Made by a program: the position numbers and the translations under genes. From IMG/VR virus record IMGVR_UViG_3300032053_000101, positions 1 through 53,992 of that record: 53,992 bases of DNA; one strand, given 5' to 3'. Within the stretch, counting starts at the first letter, position 1, and each line of letters opens with the position of its first letter. Below, piece after piece: positions 1 to 10,418 of the stretch. Origin of the DNA: a virus. Lineage: Duplodnaviria > Caudoviricetes. The notes below the pieces were generated by a model that was not told the DNA's origin, searched no databases, and saw only the letters and a program-made list of their open reading frames with translations.

Positions 1-340
1 AATCATTCTTTGTTGTTATTTTTGCCATTATATTCGGTAGCCAAGAATTAAGCTGATCTACTAATCTTAATTCTCTTGGAGTTAATTCAAAAAATGTTAG
101 ATAGTAACTTGTTTCATAGTTTGCTTGAGAATCAAAGAATTTTACCAGATAAAATTTATCCGTACTTGCATCTGGATCATTATCATCATATTTTACAACC
201 CAATTTCCAGATACTTTAGATCCAATTGTAGTTAATAAAGTATATCCATCTTGTTCGGATTGAGATCTATAAATCCTTATTTTATCATAATTTGTCAGAT
301 TAACAATCTCATCTGGAATGAACCAATATATCGTAATCAT
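1..340 (-). CDS. Partial ORF running off the window start; probable virion/head-completion protein
   Basis: Open frame from ATG at 340 (MITIYWFIPDEIVNLTNYDKIRIYRSQSEQDGY...) to the window edge; not in the supplied track; lies downstream of the capsid genes. Confidence 0.6.
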   Translation of the reverse strand, partial: MITIYWFIPDEIVNLTNYDKIRIYRSQSEQDGYTLLTTIGSKVSGNWVVKYDDNDPDASTDKFYLVKFFDSQANYETSYYLTFFELTPRELRLVDQLNSWLPNIMAKITTKND

Positions 341-343
341 TCT

Positions 344-529
344 TTAATTTTGTTGGTGATTAAATTTGTACATTTCTTTACAAAAATCCTTATTGAGATT
401 TATATAGAATCCTACAATATTATTTTCTTTTAATATACCTTTCTCTATTAAAAGTTTTTCTAATACCGTGATCCTTAATATCAAAGTATTAAATATCATC
501 TCACATGAACTTATATTCTGATTATTCAT
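344..529 (-). CDS. Hypothetical protein
   Basis: 61-aa ORF packed between co-directional neighbours. Confidence 0.55.
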   Translation of the reverse strand: MNNQNISSCEMIFNTLILRITVLEKLLIEKGILKENNIVGFYINLNKDFCKEMYKFNHQQN

Positions 530-971
530 TTTTTACCATCACTACTGGAATTGCCCATATTCCATCTTTTGTTTGAATGAGAGGAACTTTTGCCCATTTC
601 CTTTTTTCTCTTACCCAACCATATAATTGAATATGTTGTTTCTTATTATCTCTTTCAAGATTTGGAAGAACATCTTTTGGAGAAACTCTTAAAAAACTTT
701 CCTTTTTATAGGTATCTCCTAATACAACTTTTAAAAGTATAGATGCATTAGGAGATATGTTATTTTCTTCTTGGTTTATAATAGCAATTGCTACATTTTG
801 ATTTGTATTGAATTCTTTTGTTGACTCAGCAAATCTAAAAGAAAGTTCTTTCTCTTCTCCATCTTGTTTAATAAATATCTTAGAAGATTTTTTTTGTTCT
901 TCTGATAATATATCTAAATCCCAAAAGAGTATAATATTATCCTGATTTCTTCTAAATACTCTTAAATTCAT
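522..971 (-). CDS. Hypothetical protein in the virion module
   Basis: 149-aa ORF with RBS, operonic packing. Confidence 0.65.
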   Translation of the reverse strand: MNLRVFRRNQDNIILFWDLDILSEEQKKSSKIFIKQDGEEKELSFRFAESTKEFNTNQNVAIAIINQEENNISPNASILLKVVLGDTYKKESFLRVSPKDVLPNLERDNKKQHIQLYGWVREKRKWAKVPLIQTKDGIWAIPVVMVKNE

Positions 972-987
972 ATTTAAATCCTTTCTT

Positions 988-1701
988 TTATTTTGTAGAA
1001 ACTACATTATTTTTTATCTGATTCAATCTTTCTGTTGCTAGCCTTTTAATCTTATCATTATCATACATAACCAATTTTTCCAAAAAAGCTACATCATTAC
1101 ATTTTATGATTTCCCATTTCTTTTTTAGATATGGAGATTTTAACCATAACTGAAAATTAACATCTAATTTAGAAACATCTATCTTTCTTTGTTTTTCTAC
1201 TTCAACTTCTTTTATTAGATCTTCAGCGGTTTTTGTAATCTTTTTTGTAGCTTGTAATACTTTATCTGCTATCTGTACTTCCTTTGCAGACCCTGGTATC
1301 TTTGATTTTGTAGTTTCGATAATTGAACCCATATCTTCTACAGAAGCTATTTTAGTGGTAGATGTTTCTTTATCTATAGAATTAACTCTATCGATAGTAT
1401 CTACTGGACTTGATACTATAGGATCATTCTGTTTTTCTACATAAATCGCTTGCTTTTCTTTTTCATCTGGTTCCGAATGAACTACTTCTTGAGATTGAGA
1501 AACTACTTTTGTTATCTTCACAATCCTTTCACCTTCATAAACTTTTATAATCTTTTTATCTAAAAATCTTTTTATACATTCAGAACTATTGATAGTATCA
1601 TCTGAAAGATCAACAGAAATATCTCTAGGCTCAATACTTGTAATAGCCTTATCCATATCATACAACAAAACTATTGTATCAGTTAAATTTAAAAATTTCA
1701 T
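988..1701 (-). CDS. Hypothetical head-associated protein
   Basis: 237 aa, GGAGG RBS; N-terminal ~55 aa resemble the N-termini of 18520..19134 and 19457..20746. Confidence 0.65.
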   Translation of the reverse strand: MKFLNLTDTIVLLYDMDKAITSIEPRDISVDLSDDTINSSECIKRFLDKKIIKVYEGERIVKITKVVSQSQEVVHSEPDEKEKQAIYVEKQNDPIVSSPVDTIDRVNSIDKETSTTKIASVEDMGSIIETTKSKIPGSAKEVQIADKVLQATKKITKTAEDLIKEVEVEKQRKIDVSKLDVNFQLWLKSPYLKKKWEIIKCNDVAFLEKLVMYDNDKIKRLATERLNQIKNNVVSTK

Positions 1702-1734
1702 TTTATCCTCCTATTTCCTTTCATTTTTAAAATA

Positions 1735-1764
1735 TAGAGGAGAGGAATAAAGTCCTCTCCTCTA
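1735..1764 (-). terminator. Probable intrinsic terminator after the major capsid gene
   Basis: Perfect 12-bp stem TAGAGGAGAGGA/TCCTCTCCTCTA, 6-nt loop, followed by TATTTT on the minus strand. Confidence 0.75.
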
Positions 1765-1779
1765 ATTGAAAATCAATTT

Positions 1780-2763
1780 CTATACAATGTTTACAGGAAC
1801 AACACCTGCGGTATTATGAATACCAACACCAATTTGCTCCCAAGAAACTATATCATATTGCTGTAGTGGAATATTATCAAATATTTTCACTTCAACAGCT
1901 TTTCTTTCCGGGATTCTACCAAGTTTATCTGGAGTTGTTATTACATATGCTTTCCCTACAGGAACTCTTGTTGAAACAAGTAGTTTTGCTCCGTAAATAG
2001 AACCAAATAAACCAGTCTCAATAATTGTATTTACCGAAACCTGATCTAAATCAGTTGTATTCCATTTTAGAACATCAGCATACTGTGCTGGGTTCATCAC
2101 AACAGAACCTACGATTAACTGCCTCTGTAGAATCTGTTTGAATGCATCTGCTAAAGAATAACGAGTAATCTGAGCTGTAGTAACTGGAGTATTTGGACCT
2201 ACTGTTGCAGCGGTATCCAATACTCTTAAAATTTCATCATCTTCAGCAATTGCAACTGCAATAGCACAACGCTCTTTTGCTCTATCAAATGCAGGATATC
2301 TTCTGATTTGAATCTCTTCCCATTTTAGCGTATGATCTATAGAAACTGGAAATGTTGGAAATTGAATACGCTTTATGTTGGCTTGGAATACAGGTGCAGT
2401 ACCTCTTGCGGCTACTGTTACTGCCCCAAACTCTGGAATATCCAAATCGTAGATAGGAAATTCTCCCTGAGGAATTTCGTCTACTAGAAGGATTCTATTC
2501 CTTCCTACTGCTACATAATCTAACCTATTCTTTAGCGGAACTTGCATTGCAAATGCTGTTCTTTTAAGACCATTTGGGCCAGAAAAGATAGCATTAAATG
2601 CTGATTCTGCTTTATCGAGCATTGCTTGAGTTGGAACCGTTGGGATTCCTACGCCAGCTTCTCTTTTAAAGTTCTCGTCTCCGAGAATAGACTCAGACAT
2701 TTTTAACAAGTTCTTTATGAATAGGTCTTTCTGTCTTGTTGATAATTGACCTAAACCTATCAT
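1780..2763 (-). CDS. Major capsid protein (HK97 fold)
   Basis: 327 aa; capsid-like segments (AIAVAIAEDDEIL, VVMNPAQYADV, GLFGSIYGAKLLVSTRVP, WEQIGVGIHN); position after protease and decoration genes; strong RBS and terminator. Confidence 0.85.
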   Translation of the reverse strand: MIGLGQLSTRQKDLFIKNLLKMSESILGDENFKREAGVGIPTVPTQAMLDKAESAFNAIFSGPNGLKRTAFAMQVPLKNRLDYVAVGRNRILLVDEIPQGEFPIYDLDIPEFGAVTVAARGTAPVFQANIKRIQFPTFPVSIDHTLKWEEIQIRRYPAFDRAKERCAIAVAIAEDDEILRVLDTAATVGPNTPVTTAQITRYSLADAFKQILQRQLIVGSVVMNPAQYADVLKWNTTDLDQVSVNTIIETGLFGSIYGAKLLVSTRVPVGKAYVITTPDKLGRIPERKAVEVKIFDNIPLQQYDIVSWEQIGVGIHNTAGVVPVNIV

Positions 2764-2887
2764 TTTATTTTCCTCCTTTTATTGTAAAATAAAATTGTTC
2801 TAAAAAATGATATACTATTATCCTATCCATAATATTGAACTGGCTTTTAAAACCTTTTTAAAGTCTTCAAAGTATATCTTAGACTAA

Positions 2888-3382
2888 TTACAACATCCTT
2901 ATTTCCATTGTAACATCTTCAGTTGCAGGTGGTTTCAAAACATAACCAAATTTTGAACCAGTTACACCAGTTGAATCATTTGTAATTAATCCAGATGCAT
3001 TACAATACAAATAATCATTTACTAAATATGTTTTAGTTGTATCCCATACATTGATTGTATCGATTGTACCATCAGATTTTACATATAGATTCGGTCTAAC
3101 CGTAACCATACCAAGCACAACGACTGACATTTTGCCAGAACCGTATGCTCCAAATTCTCCGAATGTATCATCTACATAAGAGTTTTTGTTTGATTTAGCT
3201 AAACCAAATGTTATTGTTGAACCATCCGAATTCTTAACCAAACTTGTGCTAGTTAAACGCACAGGTCTTCCTGGATAAAGAACCGCAGAGGGATCAACAT
3301 ATTTCGTAGAATCTTCCATGGCTCTATAATCGACATTAATTCCATATACGAACATAGATTGACCGGGTGATACTTTAATCAT
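2888..3382 (-). CDS. Probable capsid decoration/cement protein
   Basis: 164-aa beta-rich ORF between protease and capsid genes, the usual decoration-protein position. Confidence 0.55.
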   Translation of the reverse strand: MIKVSPGQSMFVYGINVDYRAMEDSTKYVDPSAVLYPGRPVRLTSTSLVKNSDGSTITFGLAKSNKNSYVDDTFGEFGAYGSGKMSVVVLGMVTVRPNLYVKSDGTIDTINVWDTTKTYLVNDYLYCNASGLITNDSTGVTGSKFGYVLKPPATEDVTMEIRML

Positions 3383-3409
3383 TTTATTTTCCTCCTTTTA
3401 TAAAATAAA

Positions 3410-5566
3410 TTATTGTGATTTGATTGTCATGTTTTGCCAAATATCTATTAAATCGTTTATCTTTGATTCAGTTCCAATCTGTTCATAATAACTAGGAACA
3501 TTAGCATCTTTTGCTATACCATTATCCGGCCCAGTAGTTGGACTGGCTTTTGAAACTTTCTTTAGAAAATCTTCAAGTATACCAATATTCTCTTCATTAA
3601 AAGAACTAAACTGTTCCTTTAATTTCTTTTCTTCCTCATCATTCTCAATCAAACCCGATTCTTTTATTTTGTGAATTAACTTTTCCACATCTTGAACTTT
3701 TGCCTTCTCAATCATTTGAGTTTTTATTGTTTCGGCTTCCTTTTTTGCAGTTTCAATCTCTTTTACTTTTGCATCTAAATCTATTTTTAATTTAGCAATT
3801 TCTTCATTTGCTTTCTTTAAATTAGATTCAAGATTAATTGCTCTTTCCGGAGCAGAAACTGTACGGCTTGGAAATCTCTGAAAATATTTCTTTACCGCTG
3901 TTCCATCAGTTCTAGTTGTATCGCTTGGTTTCTCTTTATTAACCTCTGTTTCATTAAGCGATCTTTCTACCTCTCCTCTTCCTGGTAATTTAGGATATTC
4001 AATTTCTCCCTCATTAACAGCAAAGAAATCATAGGCTCTTTTATTTAATTTTGCATGTCGACTAATCCATTTAACCCAACCTTCAAAAGAATTGTTACAT
4101 TCCTTTTTCATATGTTCTAATGCATCTTCAGGATTAATAACATCAACTGAACCTTTCACAATCTTTTCCTGAACATCTTTAGGAACTATTAAAGATGCTC
4201 TTACAACTTTCATACTCTTACCTTCTCTTCCTACAAAATAACTTTTCTCCAGTGTTTCCCCTGGTATATAAACTAAACTGAACATGTTTCCATCCTCCTT
4301 CCTTGCTTCCTTGGGAATTTCCACTTTTTGTGGTTCCAAGTGCAAAATTTTTCTATATTCAGCAATTTTTTCTGCTTCTGACATATCTTTTGCTAATTCA
4401 TCTATATAAACATTAGTTGCTTGATCTCTATCATATAATCTTAATAAGATTTTATCTTTTACTGCTTCAGACTTTAAAGAAAACCCATCTCCAAGTATAA
4501 TTTCTACCGGCTTTCCTTCTTGAGCAGTTTTTGGTTGTTTAGAAGCTTCTGCTACAGCTTCTGGTTTTACTTCTGTCTTTGCCGCAGGAGCAACTTCTTC
4601 CTTTATCTCAGATATTTCTTTTTGAACATCTATCTTCATATCTTTTACAGTTTCTTCAACAACTGGTTTTACAATTGAAGGAACTTCTTTAACAGTTGTT
4701 CCAAGCTGTTTATTAATCTCTTCCGTAACAACCTTTCTTACTTCAGAATTAATTTTTGTATTAACTGCTTTTTCAACGATCTCTTGTATTCTTTTCTCAA
4801 AACTTTCTGTATCTTGTTCTTCAAGAGCTTTCTTAAGCATGAAATAATCTTTGGCTGTTATCTTATCCAAAATTTCTTGTGCCATAAATTCTCCCTCCTT
4901 TTTAGCAAGAATTGTTTTTATTAACGCATCCCTATCTGCCGGCATTTTCACACCAGATAATTCAGTAAATCTTACCCCTTTGTTTATCTCATAAGCAATT
5001 TTACCTGCTTCTACTTCTCTACCCTTTATGTAATTACTTGACCTAGGCATCATATGACCACATAATTCAATTTCATTATGAGCAATGTTCTGACAAATCG
5101 AACATTGTGCTTCATCACAAATACATCCCATAGATACTGCATTTAATTCTTTTGATTCAATCCTTCTTGCAACATCAGGAAATTTTCTTCTATCTACTGC
5201 AACGATATTTGTTATATAATCATTTGTATCGTCATAAGTTGCAGTCAATATAATTCCTTTTGCTTTTACAGGATCATCAGAATCATGTTCAATATAGAAT
5301 CCTTTTCCTATAAATGATTTATAAGATTTCTTTAATTCATCTCTAGAAAAATAATCTCCATTCTGATTTGCACCATATTTTTCTCCTGCCGATATTGATC
5401 TAGATTTAAAATATAAGAAATTATCCTTATCAAATTCAAATACTTCATTTATATCTAATTCTTTAGTTGATTTGACAATTTCTTGCCATGTATCAGACAA
5501 AGAAGCAGTTTTCTTGAAATCTAATATTTCCAGTACTTCTGCTGTTCCTATTTTCTTAAAACTCAT
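3410..5566 (-). CDS. Prohead protease fused to a scaffold-like coiled-coil region
   Basis: N-terminal motifs NQNGDYF, YIEHDSDDP, AVSMGC..CSIC, FTELSGV..PAD (HK97/herpes-type maturation protease); long charged helical C-terminus. Confidence 0.8.
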   Translation of the reverse strand: MSFKKIGTAEVLEILDFKKTASLSDTWQEIVKSTKELDINEVFEFDKDNFLYFKSRSISAGEKYGANQNGDYFSRDELKKSYKSFIGKGFYIEHDSDDPVKAKGIILTATYDDTNDYITNIVAVDRRKFPDVARRIESKELNAVSMGCICDEAQCSICQNIAHNEIELCGHMMPRSSNYIKGREVEAGKIAYEINKGVRFTELSGVKMPADRDALIKTILAKKEGEFMAQEILDKITAKDYFMLKKALEEQDTESFEKRIQEIVEKAVNTKINSEVRKVVTEEINKQLGTTVKEVPSIVKPVVEETVKDMKIDVQKEISEIKEEVAPAAKTEVKPEAVAEASKQPKTAQEGKPVEIILGDGFSLKSEAVKDKILLRLYDRDQATNVYIDELAKDMSEAEKIAEYRKILHLEPQKVEIPKEARKEDGNMFSLVYIPGETLEKSYFVGREGKSMKVVRASLIVPKDVQEKIVKGSVDVINPEDALEHMKKECNNSFEGWVKWISRHAKLNKRAYDFFAVNEGEIEYPKLPGRGEVERSLNETEVNKEKPSDTTRTDGTAVKKYFQRFPSRTVSAPERAINLESNLKKANEEIAKLKIDLDAKVKEIETAKKEAETIKTQMIEKAKVQDVEKLIHKIKESGLIENDEEEKKLKEQFSSFNEENIGILEDFLKKVSKASPTTGPDNGIAKDANVPSYYEQIGTESKINDLIDIWQNMTIKSQ

Positions 5567-5576
5567 ATTTTACCTC

Positions 5577-5786
5577 CTATACTGTTAATTTTGTTTTACA
5601 CTTAGGACAAGTTAAAATTGCCCTTCCAATAAATAAAGATGAACCTTGTTTTATTATCCCATTGTCAATTTTTATTTTTAAATCAGTTTTGCAATGTGAA
5701 CAAATCACATCTCTGGCTTTCTTCTCATTAAACTCCAGATTAAAATCTATAATCTTTTCTGGTGAACCTACTTTTTTAAAACTCAT
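5577..5786 (-). CDS. Small zinc-ribbon protein
   Basis: CxxC...CxxC; starts MSFKKVG like the protease (MSFKKIG). Confidence 0.6.
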   Translation of the reverse strand: MSFKKVGSPEKIIDFNLEFNEKKARDVICSHCKTDLKIKIDNGIIKQGSSLFIGRAILTCPKCKTKLTV

Positions 5787-5809
5787 AATATCCTCCTTTA
5801 TTCATTTTT

Positions 5810-6289
5810 CTAATAATCATAAACGGTGTTCCAAGTAGAGAAAGGTTGTGTTCCTTCTGGTTCTGGTGTTCCTTTTGGTTTTTTATAATTCAAAACATCA
5901 GCTGGATATGAATCCGCCGGTGATTTAGCAAATGGTTCATATCTAATCGGACCAATTCTTTCAATTGTAGGTTTAGGTATAATCTGTTTAATCTTTATTG
6001 GAACTTCTTTATTACAGAACAAACATAAATAATTCTGACCATTCCAATATAAACTAATATCACAATCCGGGCAAAACGGCTCGCTACTATACTTTTTCTT
6101 TTTCATAACACCATACCTATCCGTAAAACGACCACCAACCATCGAATCACTATCCGAAGGTTCATATTGTTTAAAATAATCAAATAATTCATCTCTTTTA
6201 ACCCTCTTATCTGCTAATTCCGGAGTTTGTAACTCCGTTTCCTTTATTTTCTCTTTATTGTCTTTTTTCTTCTCTATTAACCATTTCAT
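5810..6289 (-). CDS. Hypothetical protein with a zinc ribbon
   Basis: CPDC...CLFC; N-terminal MKWLIEKK motif. Confidence 0.6.
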   Translation of the reverse strand: MKWLIEKKKDNKEKIKETELQTPELADKRVKRDELFDYFKQYEPSDSDSMVGGRFTDRYGVMKKKKYSSEPFCPDCDISLYWNGQNYLCLFCNKEVPIKIKQIIPKPTIERIGPIRYEPFAKSPADSYPADVLNYKKPKGTPEPEGTQPFSTWNTVYDY

Positions 6290-6313
6290 GTGTTTCTTAT
6301 CCTTCTTTATTTA

Positions 6314-6361
6314 AAAACACCTAATTTTAGCTATTAGGCCTATTAGAATTGATTTTATAGG
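6314..6361. repeat. Dispersed intergenic element, copy 1 (copy 2 at 32643-32691)
   Basis: AAAACAC + CTAATTTTAGCTATTA-N9-GAAT(T/G)GATTTTATAGG shared with 32643-32691. Confidence 0.75.
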
Positions 6362-6377
6362 TAGTTTTAGACTATTT

Positions 6378-6605
6378 CTAATCTAGTAAATCGGCTTTCT
6401 CTTTTTCTATTGTTTTATGTAGATCGCTAATGAAACCATTTAAATGCGATATTATAATATCTACTTCTCTTTTAAGTTGTAGAACAACATCATAATCTTC
6501 TAATTTCTTCTTTAAATTCTGAACTTCTCTTTTAACTGAATCAACAGAAGAATATATATCATCAAAAATTTCTTCTAATTCTGATACAGTTGTTTCTTCC
6601 ATCAT
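6378..6605 (-). CDS. Hypothetical coiled-coil protein
   Basis: 75-aa ORF, tight packing. Confidence 0.6.
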   Translation of the reverse strand: MMEETTVSELEEIFDDIYSSVDSVKREVQNLKKKLEDYDVVLQLKREVDIIISHLNGFISDLHKTIEKEKADLLD

Positions 6606-6606
6606 T

Positions 6607-6828
6607 TTACTTTTCTTCTATACTTGGATTATAATTTGGAATAATTCCATCTTCATGAAATCCACCTGGATTATCTTCAGCTTTCTCTATTGTTTCTTTT
6701 AATCTATCCAACATAACTAAAGATAGATTATATTGTTTCCTATCAATATAATCTTTGGTTTGTTTAATCAAATTCAAAAGTTCTTGTCTATCTATTTTTA
6801 ATCCTGATTTTTTAATTAACCAACTCAT
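6607..6828 (-). CDS. Hypothetical protein
   Basis: 73 aa; N-terminal MSWLIKKS motif. Confidence 0.6.
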   Translation of the reverse strand: MSWLIKKSGLKIDRQELLNLIKQTKDYIDRKQYNLSLVMLDRLKETIEKAEDNPGGFHEDGIIPNYNPSIEEK

Positions 6829-6829
6829 A

Positions 6830-7081
6830 CTATATTTCTAATCTATATGGATACAAATTCTTTTCCATGATATTAATTGCTTTTATCACTGCTGAATTTT
6901 GTTCTTTTTCGGTCTCATTATCACCTGAATCTTGAATATCAAAATCAAATGTTTTTTCTTTCTCATTAATATCATATATCTTTACAATCAATCCATTAAC
7001 TTTTTCACCTATTTCATTTACTGTATTTTCAATCTTTTGTTCAAAAGCTTTATCCATTGATTTTTTGTTTAACCAGTTCAT
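6830..7081 (-). CDS. Hypothetical protein
   Basis: 83 aa; N-terminal MNWLNKKS motif. Confidence 0.6.
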   Translation of the reverse strand: MNWLNKKSMDKAFEQKIENTVNEIGEKVNGLIVKIYDINEKEKTFDFDIQDSGDNETEKEQNSAVIKAINIMEKNLYPYRLEI

Positions 7082-7085
7082 TTTT

Positions 7086-8603
7086 TTATACTTCCAAATG
7101 ATGTTCGGCTACTTCGTACCAATCAACTTCGTCTAATGCTGCATTTAATAAATCCGTGAACAAAGTAGCTGTATCTGTAAGTGGATTCATTTCCTCAATT
7201 GTATCTTTTATATAATCTGCCAATTTAAATTTTGCTTCATCAGTTTCCTTTTTAAATATTTCCGCCTGTTCTGTTATCATATTATATAAACCTTGATCAT
7301 TATCAATCCAAAGTGCAACTGCCCATGTTTCATAATTCTTCCAACCTTGATAATCGGATTGTTTATTTATTTGATTCTTTTTTAATGAAGCAAATATTTT
7401 ACCATCTTCAGTAAATTCATAATCATTAGATTTTATTGTTTCTATAACTTGTTCATCTGATGTTAAATATTCATATGCTTTATCTAATTCATTATAAATT
7501 TCTTTATTGGTTTTATAATTATATTCCTGTATTTGTTTCTCCAAATCAGCTACTTCATTATTCACTTTTTCATTTTCTCCATGATAACCCAAAAATACAC
7601 TAGTTGTGTTTTCATGGACATACATTGTTGTAGTTCTTTTAACTTCACCATCTATTTCACCTGCCGATGCTTCTTCAAGTAATTCTTTACTAGCTTTTAA
7701 TCCTAATGATTTAATTATTTTATCAACATCTAAACTTTTTGCTGTAAAACTTGCACCATCACCTTGAGACCAAAACCCACTATATGCTATCTCAACATTA
7801 TTAAATCCTTGTCCTTCTAATTTTGATCTCCATTCATCGATAATACCATCAGACCATTCTTCATTATCAACATTTATATCTCTATGTTTTTCTAATACTT
7901 TTTCTTTACCTTCTTCAGATAATTCATCAAACTTATATACATTATATTCTTTTGTTACTTTTTTTGGATTCGATTGATTATTAAATGAAGATTGTTTACT
8001 CTGATACTTTTCTACCAATTTATATGATGGAACCATTTTACCTTCATCTTCAACCATAACATAATAATCTCCCCATAACAAATCATCACCAAATGCAATT
8101 TCTAATTTTTCATCTTCGATAATAGCATTAAAAAATTTACCATCATATTCAGTTTCTTTTAATACTTTACCTACAATCTTATTAGTTTTTTTATCATATA
8201 TATCTTTACCTATTACTTCACTAATATCTAAATTTAAATCGCCAGGAGTAGTTCTTGATTGCTTATTTAATGAAGAAGGAAAAACAAGTTTTCCACCGGG
8301 AAACATTTCTATCCATTCCGTTTTATTATCTAATGAAGATTTCTTATTCTTTTCTCCAGATAAAGTTCTGGCAAGCTTATTGATCTCTTCATTTGTTATT
8401 GGAACATTTTTCCCTTTTGTTTCCCTATATATTAAATTCCTATAAACTATAAACTTCTCATCGGGAGTTAATTCTTTAGCCCATGATTTCTGCAATCTCT
8501 CAAACTTCTCTTTTGCTATCTTCTTTACTTCATTCTTATCAAATGAAACTTCTTCAGATTGCCTTATCCATTTATTCTCTTTTTCTTTAGTAATCCAACC
8601 CAT
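7086..8603 (-). CDS. Modular putative internal head polyprotein
   Basis: 505 aa; modules separated by SSLDNK, SSLNKQS, SSFNNQS and INKQS; includes YSGFWSQGDGASF and GWKNYETWAVALWIDND modules. Confidence 0.6.
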   Translation of the reverse strand: MGWITKEKENKWIRQSEEVSFDKNEVKKIAKEKFERLQKSWAKELTPDEKFIVYRNLIYRETKGKNVPITNEEINKLARTLSGEKNKKSSLDNKTEWIEMFPGGKLVFPSSLNKQSRTTPGDLNLDISEVIGKDIYDKKTNKIVGKVLKETEYDGKFFNAIIEDEKLEIAFGDDLLWGDYYVMVEDEGKMVPSYKLVEKYQSKQSSFNNQSNPKKVTKEYNVYKFDELSEEGKEKVLEKHRDINVDNEEWSDGIIDEWRSKLEGQGFNNVEIAYSGFWSQGDGASFTAKSLDVDKIIKSLGLKASKELLEEASAGEIDGEVKRTTTMYVHENTTSVFLGYHGENEKVNNEVADLEKQIQEYNYKTNKEIYNELDKAYEYLTSDEQVIETIKSNDYEFTEDGKIFASLKKNQINKQSDYQGWKNYETWAVALWIDNDQGLYNMITEQAEIFKKETDEAKFKLADYIKDTIEEMNPLTDTATLFTDLLNAALDEVDWYEVAEHHLEV

Positions 8604-8623
8604 TTTAATACCCTCCTATATTG

Positions 8624-10176
8624 TTAAATTGTTAATTCTTCTTCCCCTATAGGTGAAGTTTCCTTTGGTGTTTCTGGAATTTCTTCTACTTTCTTCTCAA
8701 CTGCTGGAGCTTCTGGCATTGAAGTTTTAGGTTCTTCTAATGGAGAAATCCTTTCTCTTATTTCCGGAGAAATTGGAGCTCTCTCTTCTTCCATCACAAT
8801 TTTAGGTTTTTCTTTAATTGTCCACTTCTCTACTTTCAACCCATCAAGAACCTGATTTCCAACTTTCTCATCTTTCGTTGCTCTCTCTTCTCTTAACTTT
8901 CTCCATAAAGGATCTAACTCAGTCGATTGCTCTTCTTTGAATTCTTTCTTTATTACTTCTGGATCCCAATCAAATAGTTCTGCAACATACTTAAACGGAA
9001 CTTCTTCCTTATCTCTTAACCTCATAACATATTCCTGCAAAGTAGTATTAGATAATAAATTAAGTTTCTGCCAGAAGAATCTTGGTAAATCTAATTCTGG
9101 TTTCCTTGTTCTTACATTATGAGCTAATTCCGCTTTACTTCTTTTCTTATACATCTTTCTTGCAATTGCAAGAGGTTTGAATATCTTTTGTATTGCAGCA
9201 TTCTCTAATAAATTTCTATATGTTATATATTTCCCCATTAATATCCTAACAGAGATAGCCTGACTTGCATAAGGTCCGAGTTCTCCATGTAACACCGCAT
9301 CATTAACAAATAATCCTGCTTGAATTCTTTTCTTAACAAATTCAAAATGAGGTAATAAATCCATAATCTTATCTTTTCCTACAACATAATCTACTTCCAC
9401 AAACGGATTAGTGATTATATTAAAATCAGGATCATTCACTGCCTGTAATAATAATCTCTGAAACTCTAAAATTTTAGATTTATTAGGAATCCATCCTTTT
9501 ATTTTATCTCCAAGTTTAAATATCTTTATCGGAAATGTATGCCTATCGACAAAAGTATATAATAACATTCTTAATTTATCTTCATATATCAAATCCTTCA
9601 CAACTGATAATACCGGGCTTATTCCTCTTAAAGTATATTTATTAGGTCTTTGAGCTAAATGGATCAATCTCTCATTTGCAAGAGGATATGGTTTCTTCTT
9701 CCTCATTTGAGTTATAAAATCTGGATTTAGTTTTTCCATTGCTTCAACTAAAGCTTTATCAGCTGGTTTATTTGATTGAAGCATTTTCATAACATCTTCA
9801 TTTGGTCTTACATAATAAATTGCTTCTTTTGTAATATAAGTTTTATAAATCTCAACTTCCTCTGGAGGAAATTGATTGAATGATTCAAATTCAAGATCTG
9901 CAATATTCCAGTTACCATAAGAAAATGCTTCTCCAAGTAACCAGAAATCTCTTCCCATCTGTATAAAATGTTCAAGTAAATTTAATCTATCTTTAAAATC
10001 ATTATAATAACTACCATTCTCTTTTTCTTCACATTTCATTTCAAAATCTGATAAAGGAAAACTTGCATGTAACTCAATAATATTTCTTATATACGGATTA
10101 TATTGATAGTAATGTCTTAACCTTCTATTTAATTCCCTAATATTGTCCTTAGGGAACATCATTAGTATTGGATCGA
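8624..10176 (-). CDS. Portal protein, exon 2
   Basis: Portal-like segments (YYQYNPYIRNIIELH, FWLLGEAFSY, RLIHLA..LRGISPVLS); upstream of the protease/capsid genes; joins exon 1 in frame to give 593 aa. Confidence 0.8.
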
Positions 10177-10418
10177 CTACATGTTACTTTTAAAACCTAT
10201 TTTTAAAATAGGCGAAGTAATATTTCTATTACTTTCTGTATATTACTATACAGAACGGACTATATCATCATTCTTATTAGGAATGTTCAGCGTATAGTCT
10301 CTACGGATTCCAGCAACTTCTTTAAAGTTCTGGTCTTTCCTCGGAATTGTCCTTTTGCAAAGGAGATTTCCCGATATAGCTAAATTTTTCACATATAAAA
10401 ATATGTGCTGCCCATTTG
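10177..10418 (-). ncRNA. Group I self-splicing intron (242 nt, no ORF) in the portal gene
   Basis: Exon ends in U and intron ends in G; P1 GCUGU/GCAGC with U-G at the splice site; R (CGUAGAGACUAUACG) and S (GAUAUAGUCC) core elements; removal restores the frame. Confidence 0.9.

Noticed and set aside
1780-2763. Cellular encapsulin operon
   Set aside because: Portal, terminase and prohead protease genes in the same module show this is a phage capsid gene
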